A stretch of DNA of 63,849 bases, filler included, from Octopus bimaculoides (Eukaryota), in the NCBI RefSeq assembly GCF_001194135.2. It is 7 parts of 6 records of this genome, joined end to end, with 100 filler letters (N's around TTAATTAATTAA, not from the genome) between each part and the next. Parts side by side here need not be neighbours in the genome. Positions count along the whole stretch, not along the records: positions 11,125 to 19,082 come from NC_068988.1; positions 19,183 to 39,929 come from NC_068981.1; 5 more parts are not named here. One strand, given 5' to 3'. The position numbers and the translations under genes were made by a program. The notes beneath the pieces were generated by a model. It did not search any database. It was not told the DNA's origin and saw only the letters and a program-made list of their open reading frames with translations. Numbering within the stretch: position 1 is the first letter of the stretch; the number at the start of each line of letters is the position of its first letter. Shown here piece after piece: positions 13,951 to 24,109 of this stretch.

Positions 13951-14620
13951 ACTGACTTTTTATAATAACAACAATAATCCTTTCTACAATTGGCACAAAG
14001 CATGGAATTTATAGGGAGAGGTAGAGTCGATCACATCGACCCCAGTACTTGCCTGGTACTTAATNNNNNNNNNNNNNNNNNNNNNNNNNNNNNNNNNNNN
14101 NNNNNNNNNNNNNNNNNNNNNNNNNNNNNNNNNNNNNNNNNNNNNNNNNNNNNNNNNNNNNNNNNNNNNNNNNNNNNNNNNNNNNNNNNNNNNNNNNNNN
14201 NNNNNNNNNNNNNNNNNNNNNNNNNNNNNNNNNNNNNNNNNNNNNNNNNNNNNNNNNNNNNNNNNNNNNNNNNNNNNNNNNNNNNNNNNNNNNNNNNNNN
14301 NNNNNNNNNNNNNNNNNNNNNNNNNNNNNNNNNNNNNNNNNNNNNNNNNNNNNNNNNNNNNNNNNNNNNNNNNNNNNNNNNNNNNNNNNNNNNNNNNNNN
14401 NNNNNNNNNNNNNNNNNNNNNNNNNNNNNNNNNNNNNNNNNNNNNNNNNNNNNNNNNNNNNNNNNNNNNNNNNNNNNNNNNNNNNNNNNNNNNNNNNNNN
14501 NNNNNNNNNNNNNNNNNNNNNNNNNNNNNNNNNNNNNNNNNNNNNNNNNNNNNNNNNNNNNNNNNNNNNNNNNNNNNNNNNNNNNNNNNCACCACCACCA
14601 CTATTACTACTACCACTACC

Positions 14621-14661
<41 letters not shown>

Positions 14662-15429
14662 CACCACCACTACTACTACTACCACTACTACTACTGCGTT
14701 GTTTAGCTCCAAGTCAACACTTAATAGAGCAGACCTAATGATCATGGGCATTCCAGTAGTGACCACCTCGCCATTTTTCTCCTATGTGCTAGACCACATT
14801 ATCGAAAATGTGATTATTTTGTTATGAAAAGGTCAAACGTCAGAGAGTTTCTATTTCTAGAAGTTCTTTCCTTGTTGGCTCGACTCGATCACTATGTCTA
14901 TGGTTGATGCAAGAGTAGTATGTGTGAGTACATGTGTGCGCGCGCACGCGTTTTTGTGTGTGGGTGTGCGAAAGAGAGAGAGAGAGAGAAAGAGAGAAAG
15001 TGCAAGTATTGTTTGTATATTTATACAATGTAACTTACCGTGGGAAAGCGACTTTCGAAATACCGGTCACGTACAAATCAGGATTTCTCTGAGGTTTTTT
15101 TTTTCCAGAATTTTCCATTTTTTTAATAGTTACCCACATTAAAAAATCCTTGTGGGGTGAACTTCTAAATGGAAAACAAATTTAATCCATGTCTTTTTAC
15201 CGCCTGCCATCTCACATCGTGCCTTCGTATGAATCGGGATTTCTCTGGGGGTTCCCCCACCCCGGAATTTTCCCTCTTTTTATAATTACCCACATTAAAA
15301 AAAATTGGGGGGATGAACTTCCAAAAGAAGTTTAATCCATGTTATTTAACCGCCTGCCACCCCTCATTGTGCCTTCGAAACACCCTGGTAAAATTATCGT
15401 TCTTTTTCTTTTCCTTATTTTTATGTTGT

Positions 15430-15880
15430 GGAGGCGCAATGGCCCATTGGTTAGGGCAGCGGACTTGCGGTTTCGATTCCCAAACCGGGCGTTTGTGAGT
15501 GTTTATTGAGCGAAAACGCCTAAAGTTCCACGAAGCTCCGGCAGGGGATGGTGGCGAACCCTGCTGTACTCTTCCACCACAATTTTCTCTCACTCTTACT
15601 TCCTGTTTCTGTTGTACCTGTATTTCAAAGGGCCAGCCTTGTCACACTGTGTCACGCTGAATATATCCGAGAACTACGTTAAGGGTACACGTGTCNNNNN
15701 NNNNNTTCAAAGGGCCAGCCTTGTCACACTGTGTCACGCTGAATATATCCGAGAACTACGTTAAGGGTACACGTGTCTGTGGAGTGCTCAGCCACTTGCA
15801 CGTTAGTTTCACGAGCAGGCTGTTCCGTTGATCGGATCAATTGGAACCCTCGACGTCGTAAGCGACGGAGTGCCAACAAT
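15430..15880 (+). mobile_element. tRNA-derived SINE, family C (ggaggcgcaatggcccagtggttagggcagcggactcgcgg...)
   Basis: tRNA-like head with A box TGGCCCATTGG and B box GTTTCGATTCC. Other copies lie at 42010-42264(+) and 48253-48590(-), with a partial one at about 28420-28620(-). Confidence 0.88.
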
Positions 15881-16229
15881 CGCCTGCCACCCTTCATTGT
15901 GCCTAGTAAAATTATCGTTCTTTCTTTTCCTCTTCCTTATTTTTTATGTTAAAGCATTCAACAGCGGACTTTTTTGAAAAGCTATCATACATAAATCAGA
16001 ATTTCTTAGGGGATTTTTTTTTCGGGATTTTCCCGCGTTTTATAGAAATCCACAATAATTTCCAAAAGTCTTGTTCAACATTTCCACTTTATCGTGTCTT
16101 CGAAACAGTAACCACCACTAAAATTATTATTCGGGGTTGATAAATACCAGTTGAGCACTGGGTCAACTAAAATCCCTTCCCACCAAATTTCTGGCCCTGT
16201 GCCTATAGTAAATATGATGATGATTACTA

Positions 16230-16607
16230 GGTGGAGCCTAATTTGAATTTTCTTCGGGTTGAGTAGTCCATTCCGCTCAAAGGGTCCATGAGTAAGGATT
16301 GCTTAAGGATGATGAACGAAAGACCCATATTTCCAGAGGTGAATTATTCAAACTCCAAATAAGTCCTCTCAACACATGGCTACGGTGCTTCCCCACTACT
16401 CCTGCTCGTGATCAGAGATGCACATACTGTAAACTGCTATGGGGCATGCTCAAATGGCGAGGGTCAAGCACTAGACAAGCAAATCTGCGGTATTGAGCAG
16501 AGTATTTACTGTAGCCCATTTTTTTACACCAAGGTAAAATATATAAACACTTCCAGTCAGTTAAGATCAGAAGCCATGAGAGTCATTGCCTGGTACTGCA
16601 CCAGGGC
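16230..16607 (+). mobile_element. Unclassified interspersed repeat, probably a retroposon 3' part ending at an (ATT)n tract
   Basis: Complex non-coding sequence ends abruptly at attattactattatt, as retroposon tails do. Family not identified. Confidence 0.4.
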
Positions 16608-16627
16608 ATTATTACTATTATTATTAT

Positions 16628-17037
16628 ATTTTACTTATCAGAGCTCTCAATCTTACTCGTTCTAGATAATTCGGTGAGAGCGGACAGCATCCTGTTGTCA
16701 AAGGTCTCACAGGGTCTCCTTCCACAAATTATAAGATTTGGTACTTAGGCGTTAAGTTACACGGAAGATATTCAACACTCAAGCACCAATCTCAAAATCC
16801 TAGCTGTCTTCAATAGAACAATTTTGGGGGCATGCTCTGCTATCATGTCAATTCCAATTTCTCTGACATATTTCTCGAACTTGGTTGTTAGAGCTCCCAA
16901 TGCCCCTACAATTGCTGGGATAAAGACCACTCTCTTCATTGCCCACGTTCTTGAAATTTTGTTTTTTAGTAGTTTGTATTTTCCCACTTTTTCCAGCTCA
17001 TCTTTTAGTAGTTCGTATTTTCCCACCTTTTCCAGCT
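16628..17037 (-). mobile_element. 5'-truncated R4/Dong-like (RLE-type) non-LTR retrotransposon: C-terminus and 3' UTR
   Basis: ORF 16772-17026(-) reads EKVGKYKLLKNKISRTWAMKRVVFIPAIVGALG...VLLKTARILRLVL, the typical RLE C-terminus. It has an in-frame 39-bp internal duplication at 16964-17037 and (TAA)n-type tracts on both sides. Confidence 0.8.
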
Positions 17038-17038
17038 A

Positions 17039-17086
<48 letters not shown>

Positions 17087-17425
17087 CATCTGTTGTTGTT
17101 GTTGCTGCTGCTGTTGTTGTTGTTGTTGTTTACTTTTAGTCAGCATGTTTGATGCAATCCCTTGCCGGGACACACCCAGCGCCCTAGGGCAAGTGAAGGT
17201 TAACAGATGTTGAAATATAGCTGAAAGCTTCGCGAGGGGAAGTGGCGAGGGCAGGAGAGAAATACGTTCATGTAATACAAGTATTTAAATTGATAANNNN
17301 NNNNNNNNNNNNNNNNNNNNNNNNNNNNNNNNNNNNNNNNNNNNNNNNNNNNNNNNNNNNNNNNNNNNNNNNNNNNNNNNNNNNNNNNNNNNNNNNNNNN
17401 NNNNNNNNNNNNNNNNNNNNNNNNN

Positions 17426-18700
17426 GAAACATGGTTCTCCTGGGATGTTGTCTAAATGTTTCTGACACCCCCTTTTTATCATACCTAGGGCATCTACAAT
17501 AACAGGAACAGTTTTTGCTTTAAGATTCCACATCTTTTGTATTTCAATTTCTAGGTCCTTATTTTTACTAAGTTTGTCAAACTCCTTTGTAGGAATGATT
17601 TTATCAGTGGGACCACTTACATCTATTAGTCTGCAAGTATTTTCTTCCTTGTCTTTAATAATTATGTCTGGTCGATAACTTGGATCGTTCTGTCAGTGTC
17701 GACTGGAAAATCCCAGAAGACTGACACATTTTTACCTTCAATATCTGGCTCTGGATGATGTTCATGCCAGTAAGCAGGAGTACCGATTTTGTAGTATTAA
17801 CACATTTTCCAATGTAAATACTGTTCTACCCTATCGTGGCGATTTTTTCATTTGATTTGTGTCAGCACAGGGCATTCGGAAACGAGGTGGTCTATTGTTT
17901 CGTCAAATGTGTCGCAGGATTTGTATTTAGGACCAGTACCGTTTTTGGAGAACGTTAGCCTAGTAATTTCTAATAAGCAAGCTTTGATCTTGCGCTGCCT
18001 TCAGTCTCTGCTTTCAGTCCTGAACTTCTCAGCCACTGATGGGTTGTTCCTTGGTCAACACCAGCATTTTAGCTTCGGAGAATGTATTTTTCATGCAGGG
18101 GCTTCTGGCTCCACCGCTTCTCAGTTTGTTTCAGCCCGTTCTTTTATGAAGTCTGTTTGAGTCGTTTTGGTTGCTTGGTGGCAGTAGTCTCAGTCTCGTC
18201 ATCTAATTCAGGGTTTGATGCCAAGTTACCTTTCAAATTTATAAGCTTCTTTCACAATAGGGTGTGATTTTTTGTTGCTTTCATGTTCGCCCACAAGTCG
18301 CAGCATCTAGTCCTCTGTACTAGATAAGTACCTCTTCATTTCCTTGCATCATTCCTCTTCACCCACTGGTACAGACGGTCTATGTCTGTCTTAGGTTGGT
18401 GCATGTTCTCGGATGTCAATAAATTTCTTGTCTTCCTGTCCAGGCATTGAAGTTCCGTAGGATTCCAGTCAAAACTGTACTGGACTATACTGTAGGTGCT
18501 AGGGTATTAATGGTTTCGATGCGACTTTTCAAGTTGAGTTCAGTCTTGGTACAAGTTTTATTCTCCTATAGTACTCCATTCTTATTTTTTCCTTCATAAT
18601 TGCATCTCCTTCGTTTATTCCCAGGTATTTATAATTGTCTTATGGGCCAAGTTCTTCGATGGTAATGCTGATATCTAATTCAATGGGAGCCGTATCTGAA
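17426..18700 (-). mobile_element. R4/Dong-like non-LTR retrotransposon remnant (post-RT, CCHC knuckle, RLE)
   Basis: The minus strand gives, with frameshifts, YKYLGINE..MKEKIRMEYYRR..ELN..DRKTRNLLT..MHQPKTDIDRLY; CDTFDETIDHLVSGCPVL..RHDRV; PDIIIKDKEENTCRLIDVS; and WNLKAKTVPVIVDALG. Confidence 0.85.
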
Positions 18701-20164
18701 ATTGCGTCTTACAAAAATTTCTTTAGCACACCTATCGAGGCCAGAATCGTTAGCACGCCGGGCAATATGCTCAACGGTATTTTACCCGTCGCTAAGTCCC
18801 GAGTTCAAATTCCGCCGAGGTCGACTTTGCCTTTCATCTTTTTGGGGTCGATAAATTAATTAAGTACCAGTGAAACACTGAGGTCGATGTAATCGACTAG
18901 TCTCCTCCCACAAAATTTCAAGGCCTTGTGCCTTCAGTAGAAAGGAATATTGTTATTATTATTCGTCATGTTAAGTATCCCACATTTTGAAACACTGCAT
19001 TTTTAAACAGAAAAAATTCCATACCCCATCCCCACTTCATAGTACTTTTCACGATTAAAATGATTTCTTTCCTTTTTATTTTNNNNNNNNNNNNNNNNNN
19101 NNNNNNNNNNNNNNNNNNNNNNNNNNTTAATTAATTAANNNNNNNNNNNNNNNNNNNNNNNNNNNNNNNNNNNNNNNNNNNNTATATATAAAGTAATATG
19201 TTAATTTCAAAGCTTCATTACTAGTTTATATAACTACACACACAATGTTAAGAGCTATAATTTTACAACCACACAACATCTATATGTCTGTCTAAAATAT
19301 AGTTTATATAAGAATGCTCACTATCTGTATGTTTGTAAAAAAAATTTAAAAAAAAAAAAGAAAGAAAAAGCATTTTTGGAGTTCTGGTATTTAAAAAATT
19401 TATTTCTAAACTTCAAACAACAAGCCCAAGAAGGCCACAACTGAGTCTGGAACAGGCAAAACAGCATTATAAATCTTCATTAACATGCTGCAGCTATCTC
19501 TAAATCCTATAAAATAATTAGTTTCATTATTCTCATACACATTTTTTTTGCTCTCTCAACATTTCAAAGATTAAAAGGGACCCACAAGCGAATGGCTATA
19601 AAACAATTAAGTTCTAAAGTGTACTTTTCATAGATATGTGATACCAGCAATGATAGAATATAGTCTCTTCTTGCTTGGGCTACAAATCAGAACAGTAAAA
19701 CAAAAAGTTTTTATTTCCCTTTTGTTTGTTGTTATTCACTCAGAGTAGTTAAGCAGCGGAAGCAGATGCTTGCTGTTGTTGATAAATGTAGTTGCCTTTT
19801 TGTGGTAGGAAGGTGTAACTGGATCAGACTTCTCATCCAAGACCATGTTCACTCAGAGCCAGCTTTTGAAAGTAGTTCACTTTCTCATATTGATTTCAAA
19901 TCTTAATGCAAGGCCAGCAATTTTGGAGGCAGGGGTAAGTCAGTTACAGTATTCAACTGGTTCTTATTTAAATTGAACGCGAAAGAATGAAAGGTAAAGC
20001 GAACGTCAGTGGAATTTGAACTCAGAATGCACAGATTGACAAAATACCACAAAGCATTTGCCCAACATGCTAACAATTCTGCCAGCTTGCTGCCCTAGCT
20101 TACTTGCTAATATTTAAATAACTGTTTGTACCAAGCCCTGCTTTTATTCTAATTTCATAGCATA

Positions 20165-20200
20165 CTAGCAGACATACCCAGCATCGCTTGGGGTTTAAAT
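20165..20200 (-). mobile_element. Helitron-like 3' terminus
   Basis: The minus strand ends cccaagcgatgctggg (GC hairpin, 20177-20192), 8 nt, then CTAG|T, which is the canonical Helitron 3' signature. The 5' end was not identified. Confidence 0.4.
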
Positions 20201-21249
20201 GGCATAATTTGTAAATATGGTACAGTTAAGTTGAAACGTGATACGAGGAAGTGCAGCATTGATGACAAAACATTTGTGGAGTAAATGAAGGGTTAATTTG
20301 ACTAAGTGACATGACATGTATCTGTTTGGAAAATTCCAGGCCTTAACCTTGTCATGGAAAACTGGGTGAGGGTATGTGAGTTTTTAACACAACAAAAAGT
20401 TTTCAGTGGATATATTCTCGTTGCGACTGTCGGCTATGTGATAAATTAAGCCTGTAGGCATGCTCAACAGCACCACGAGAGAAATCTACATGAAAGAAAT
20501 GACGTGGTAAGTAGGAGCGATTGGCAAGAAAGCACTTAAAAACAACACTGTCATGCAAAACTTAAGTTTGAATCAATAGTCGTGGCTCAACCATGCACTC
20601 CTTCGTGTAAACAGCATGAGACCATTGTGAGGACAACTCAGCTCCCAAACGAAAACAATTCTGCATGCAGCGTCAGGGTATGCAAGATCACATTAAGGAC
20701 ACGGTCTCTTACAAACGTGGTTGGGTCTTAGACACCATAAATTAGTCGGTTAATGTACATGCAATATTTCGGTTTGTAACCAATAGCTGAAGAATATTTG
20801 TATGGGCTTCATCTATGCTTAGAAGGAAGACTTTGATATTGAAGCCAAAAGAAAATAGTTGCTCAGGATTTGATATTTTAATATATTTTTAATAAACATG
20901 GTGCATTCCAAACGGTTTTTATTCCAACGAATTGCTACCTATGGTACTATGAGAACAGGCTATTATTGTTACCACTCAGACATCGCAGTTTGAAGTCTAC
21001 ATTGGTTCATCCATTTAATACAACCTACTTATATCATTTCAGTAACTATTTTTTCCAGTTTGAACAGAAGCAATATGTACCCCAGGAAAGGGTATTTTCT
21101 GCCCTCAAGGAGCCCCTTACTCATTATGTGAAAAATTTTAAGAGTCTAAAACCATCTCTGAAACATAAGTAATGTATGTTCCCATTTTGGAGAAAATCAG
21201 TTGTGAACTTCAGAAGTTATGTGGGTTTACACACACACACACACATCCT

Positions 21250-21625
21250 CAGTGTGGTTAGAAAGTTTGCTTTCCAATTATATGATCTCAGATTCAGTCC
21301 CACTCTGCAGTACCTTGGGAAAGTATCTTCTGTTATAGCCCTGGGCTGACCAAAGTCTTGTTAGTGGACTGGCTTGATGGAAACTGAACGTAGTCTATTG
21401 TGTGTGTGCCTTTTTCTTAACATTATGTGATGATTGCAAACAAGCATGACCATCACACCAGTGACATTGTTTCCAGTTTTCCATGAAAAACTTGTGTGGC
21501 CATGGGGAAATATTAGCTTGCCTGGAAGAAGATGAGGGTGGACAACAGGAAGGATATCCAGCCATTAGAAAGACAAAAAATAAATAAATAAATAAATCTG
21601 TGGCAATAAATTCCATCTGACACAT
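21250..21625 (+). mobile_element. SINE with family-A head and a different body ending in an RTE-type tail
   Basis: The family-A head is followed by the ...catggggaaatattagcttgc...aggaaggatatccagcc body. The same body occurs at about 30030-30280, 34085-34310, 36320-36725 and 38120-38350. Confidence 0.65.
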
Positions 21626-21785
21626 ACAAGCAAAGAAAAGTGAACATTAAGTGAGGATGACAATAATGATTATAGGGCATTTGTGACACACTGTATTTAC
21701 TTTAATCAAATTAACAATTCTGACAGCTAGTAGTGATAATGGTAACTGACAGAGTATTATAAACTATAAAAACACTTGACCTTCT

Positions 21786-21820
<35 letters not shown>

Positions 21821-22207
21821 NNNNNNNNNNNNNNNNNNNNNNNNNNNNNNNNNNNNNNNNNNNNNNNNNNNNNNNNNNNNNNNNNNNNNNNNNNNNNNNN
21901 NNNNNNNNNNNNNNNNNNNNNNNNNNNNNNNNNNNNNNNNNNNNNNNNNNNNNNNNNNNNNNNNNNNNNNNNNNNNNNNNNNNNNNNNNNNNNNNNNNNN
22001 NNNNNNNNNNNNNNNNNNNNNNNNNNNNNNNNNNNNNNNNNNNNNNNNNNNNNNNNNNNNNNNNNNNNNNNNNNNNNNNNNNNNNNNNNNNNNNNNNNNN
22101 NNNNNNNNNNNNNNNNNNNNNNNNNNNNNNNNNNNNNNNNNNNNNNNNNNNNNNNNNNNNNNNNNNNNNNNNNNNNNNNNNNNNNNNNNNNNNNNNNNNN
22201 NNNNNNN

Positions 22208-22520
22208 TTGGAAAAATAAGGATGCATGAAAATTGAGAGTTGTGTTAGGTTTAAAAAAAGGGTTAAAAGTTTGTGTTAAGCAGGAAGTGTGGTGTCAAAA
22301 CAGGAAGTGTGTGTAAAGGGAGACAAATGTCTTTAGTTGGAGTTATGAACTCTTTTTCAACAGGAAGTTGAAAAAGAGTTCATAACTCCAACTAAAGACA
22401 TCTGTCTCCCTTTACACACACTTCCTGTTTTGACACCACACTTCCTGCTTAACACAAACTTTTAACCCTTTTTTTAAACCTAACACAACTCTCAATTTTC
22501 ATGCATCCTTATTTTTCCAA
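22208..22520. repeat. Long inverted repeat (154-bp arms, 5-nt loop, 1 mismatch)
   Basis: 22208-22361 is the reverse complement of 22367-22520, except gagacaaatg versus gagacagatg. The left arm is cut by an N gap. Confidence 0.95.
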
Positions 22521-23144
22521 CCATTATATAGATGAACTACCATGGAATTTCAAAAGCTCAAAGACAATATAATGTATTGGTATATTTATTTTTTTATATA
22601 TTATTTTCTTCATTTTGTACTTCTTTGTAAAAAACATTTTCATTCTCCTTCTTGAAAATTTGCTTCGCAATGAAAGCCGGTTAGAAATCTTTATTAAAAT
22701 ATGCTTCCAGTTTAGCATTTTGCGTTAATCTCTATTTTCCTATTATTTCTCCAGGTGACATGTAATACACCATTTCGAGCATGGCCTTTGCCAGTAAGAC
22801 ATCCGAGTGAGATCGTTGCCAGTGGTTCGCCAGTCCTCAGTCAAATCGTCCAACTCATGCTAGCATGGAAAGCGGACGTTAAACGACGATGATGATGATG
22901 ATGACATACAGTGGTTAGTCCACATTACTCTGCAAGGAGCATGAGGCCAGTTTCTCAGGAGTATATATTCCTCCCTGGACAGGACGCCTGTCTATGACAG
23001 GATTACCCACTTTTACTAGCCGAAGGGACTGGAGTAATGTGAAATGAAGTGTCTTGCTCAAGAACATAATGCATCACCCAATCCAGATATTGAAACCACA
23101 ATCCTATGATCAGGAGTCCAACACTAACCACTAAGCCATGTGCC

Positions 23145-23175
<31 letters not shown>

Positions 23176-23882
23176 GTATTCCAAATGATTCAAAATCAGT
23201 TATTAAAGGCTAATTAACTATTAAAGCACAATGTAACATTATTTATATTTCCTTTAACATGAACAGGATCTGCCTCTTTCTTTCTCAGTCATATTGTCTT
23301 TTCATCTATAATCCTTTATAAGTAGACTAATTGATTGAATGAATAATAAATATCTCAACTTCCTACTCTACCTGTAATAATTGCTAAGCCTAATTAAAAG
23401 ACTGGTATTTTTCTGTATGAAATGCATATGTAGCCTTGTGTAACTCTGTGCATTGTAAGCACAGAATGGTTTTGTGTTCAAGAAGTTTCCTTCACAACCA
23501 TAGACGAGGTTCTCAGTCCAATCACGCAGTGCAGAATCTTGAACAAGTGTCTTCTATAGCCTTGCATTTGCTGAAAGTTCATCAAATATATACACACAAA
23601 CACATAAAAATATAATCATACACATATATATGTATACATATGCATACAAATACATAACGCACACACACACACACATATATATATATATAGACACACACAG
23701 AGATATGTGTGCCCACAGATACATGCATATACATGGATTTATATTACCATGTGTTATCTTAATTTTAGAATAGATACAAGTTGATGAAAGGCTTGGGTGA
23801 CATGAAGGTTATCAGGCCATAAAACCCATGCCTCAGAAACCCATGCCAGCATGGAAAAGCAAATATAAAATGTTGACACTAT

Positions 23883-23926
<44 letters not shown>

Positions 23927-23928
<2 letters not shown>

Positions 23929-24109
23929 TCATCATCATCGTTTAACGTCCGCTTTCCATGCTAGCATGGGTTGGACGATTTGACTGAGGACTGGTGAAAC
24001 CGGATGGCAACACCAGGCTCCAGTCTGATTTGGCAGAGTTTCTACAGCTGGATGCCCTTCCTAACGCCAACCACTCAGAGAGTGTAGTGGGTGCTTTTAC
24101 GTGTCACCC
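23927..24109 (-). mobile_element. RTE-clade LINE 3' end with (GAT)n tail
   Basis: Same 3' sequence as the RT-coding RTE copy at 60577-62538. Further 3' fragments lie at about 22777-22906(+), 34555-34806(+) and 37115-37475(-). Confidence 0.85.

Noticed and set aside
13732-14064. 92-bp identical duplication with 241-bp period ending at a gap
   Set aside because: It is perfectly identical and ends at an N run, so it cannot be told apart from a misassembly of a SINE.
15624-15775. About 70-bp exact direct repeat either side of a 10-N gap
   Set aside because: This is typical of overlapping contig ends joined with a minimal gap, inside a single SINE; an assembly artefact.
16540-16607. Faint resemblance to U2 snRNA (tcagttaagatcaga; cctggtactgcaccagg)
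   Set aside because: The matches are short, with no branch-point-recognition sequence or correctly placed Sm site; it lies at a retroposon tail.
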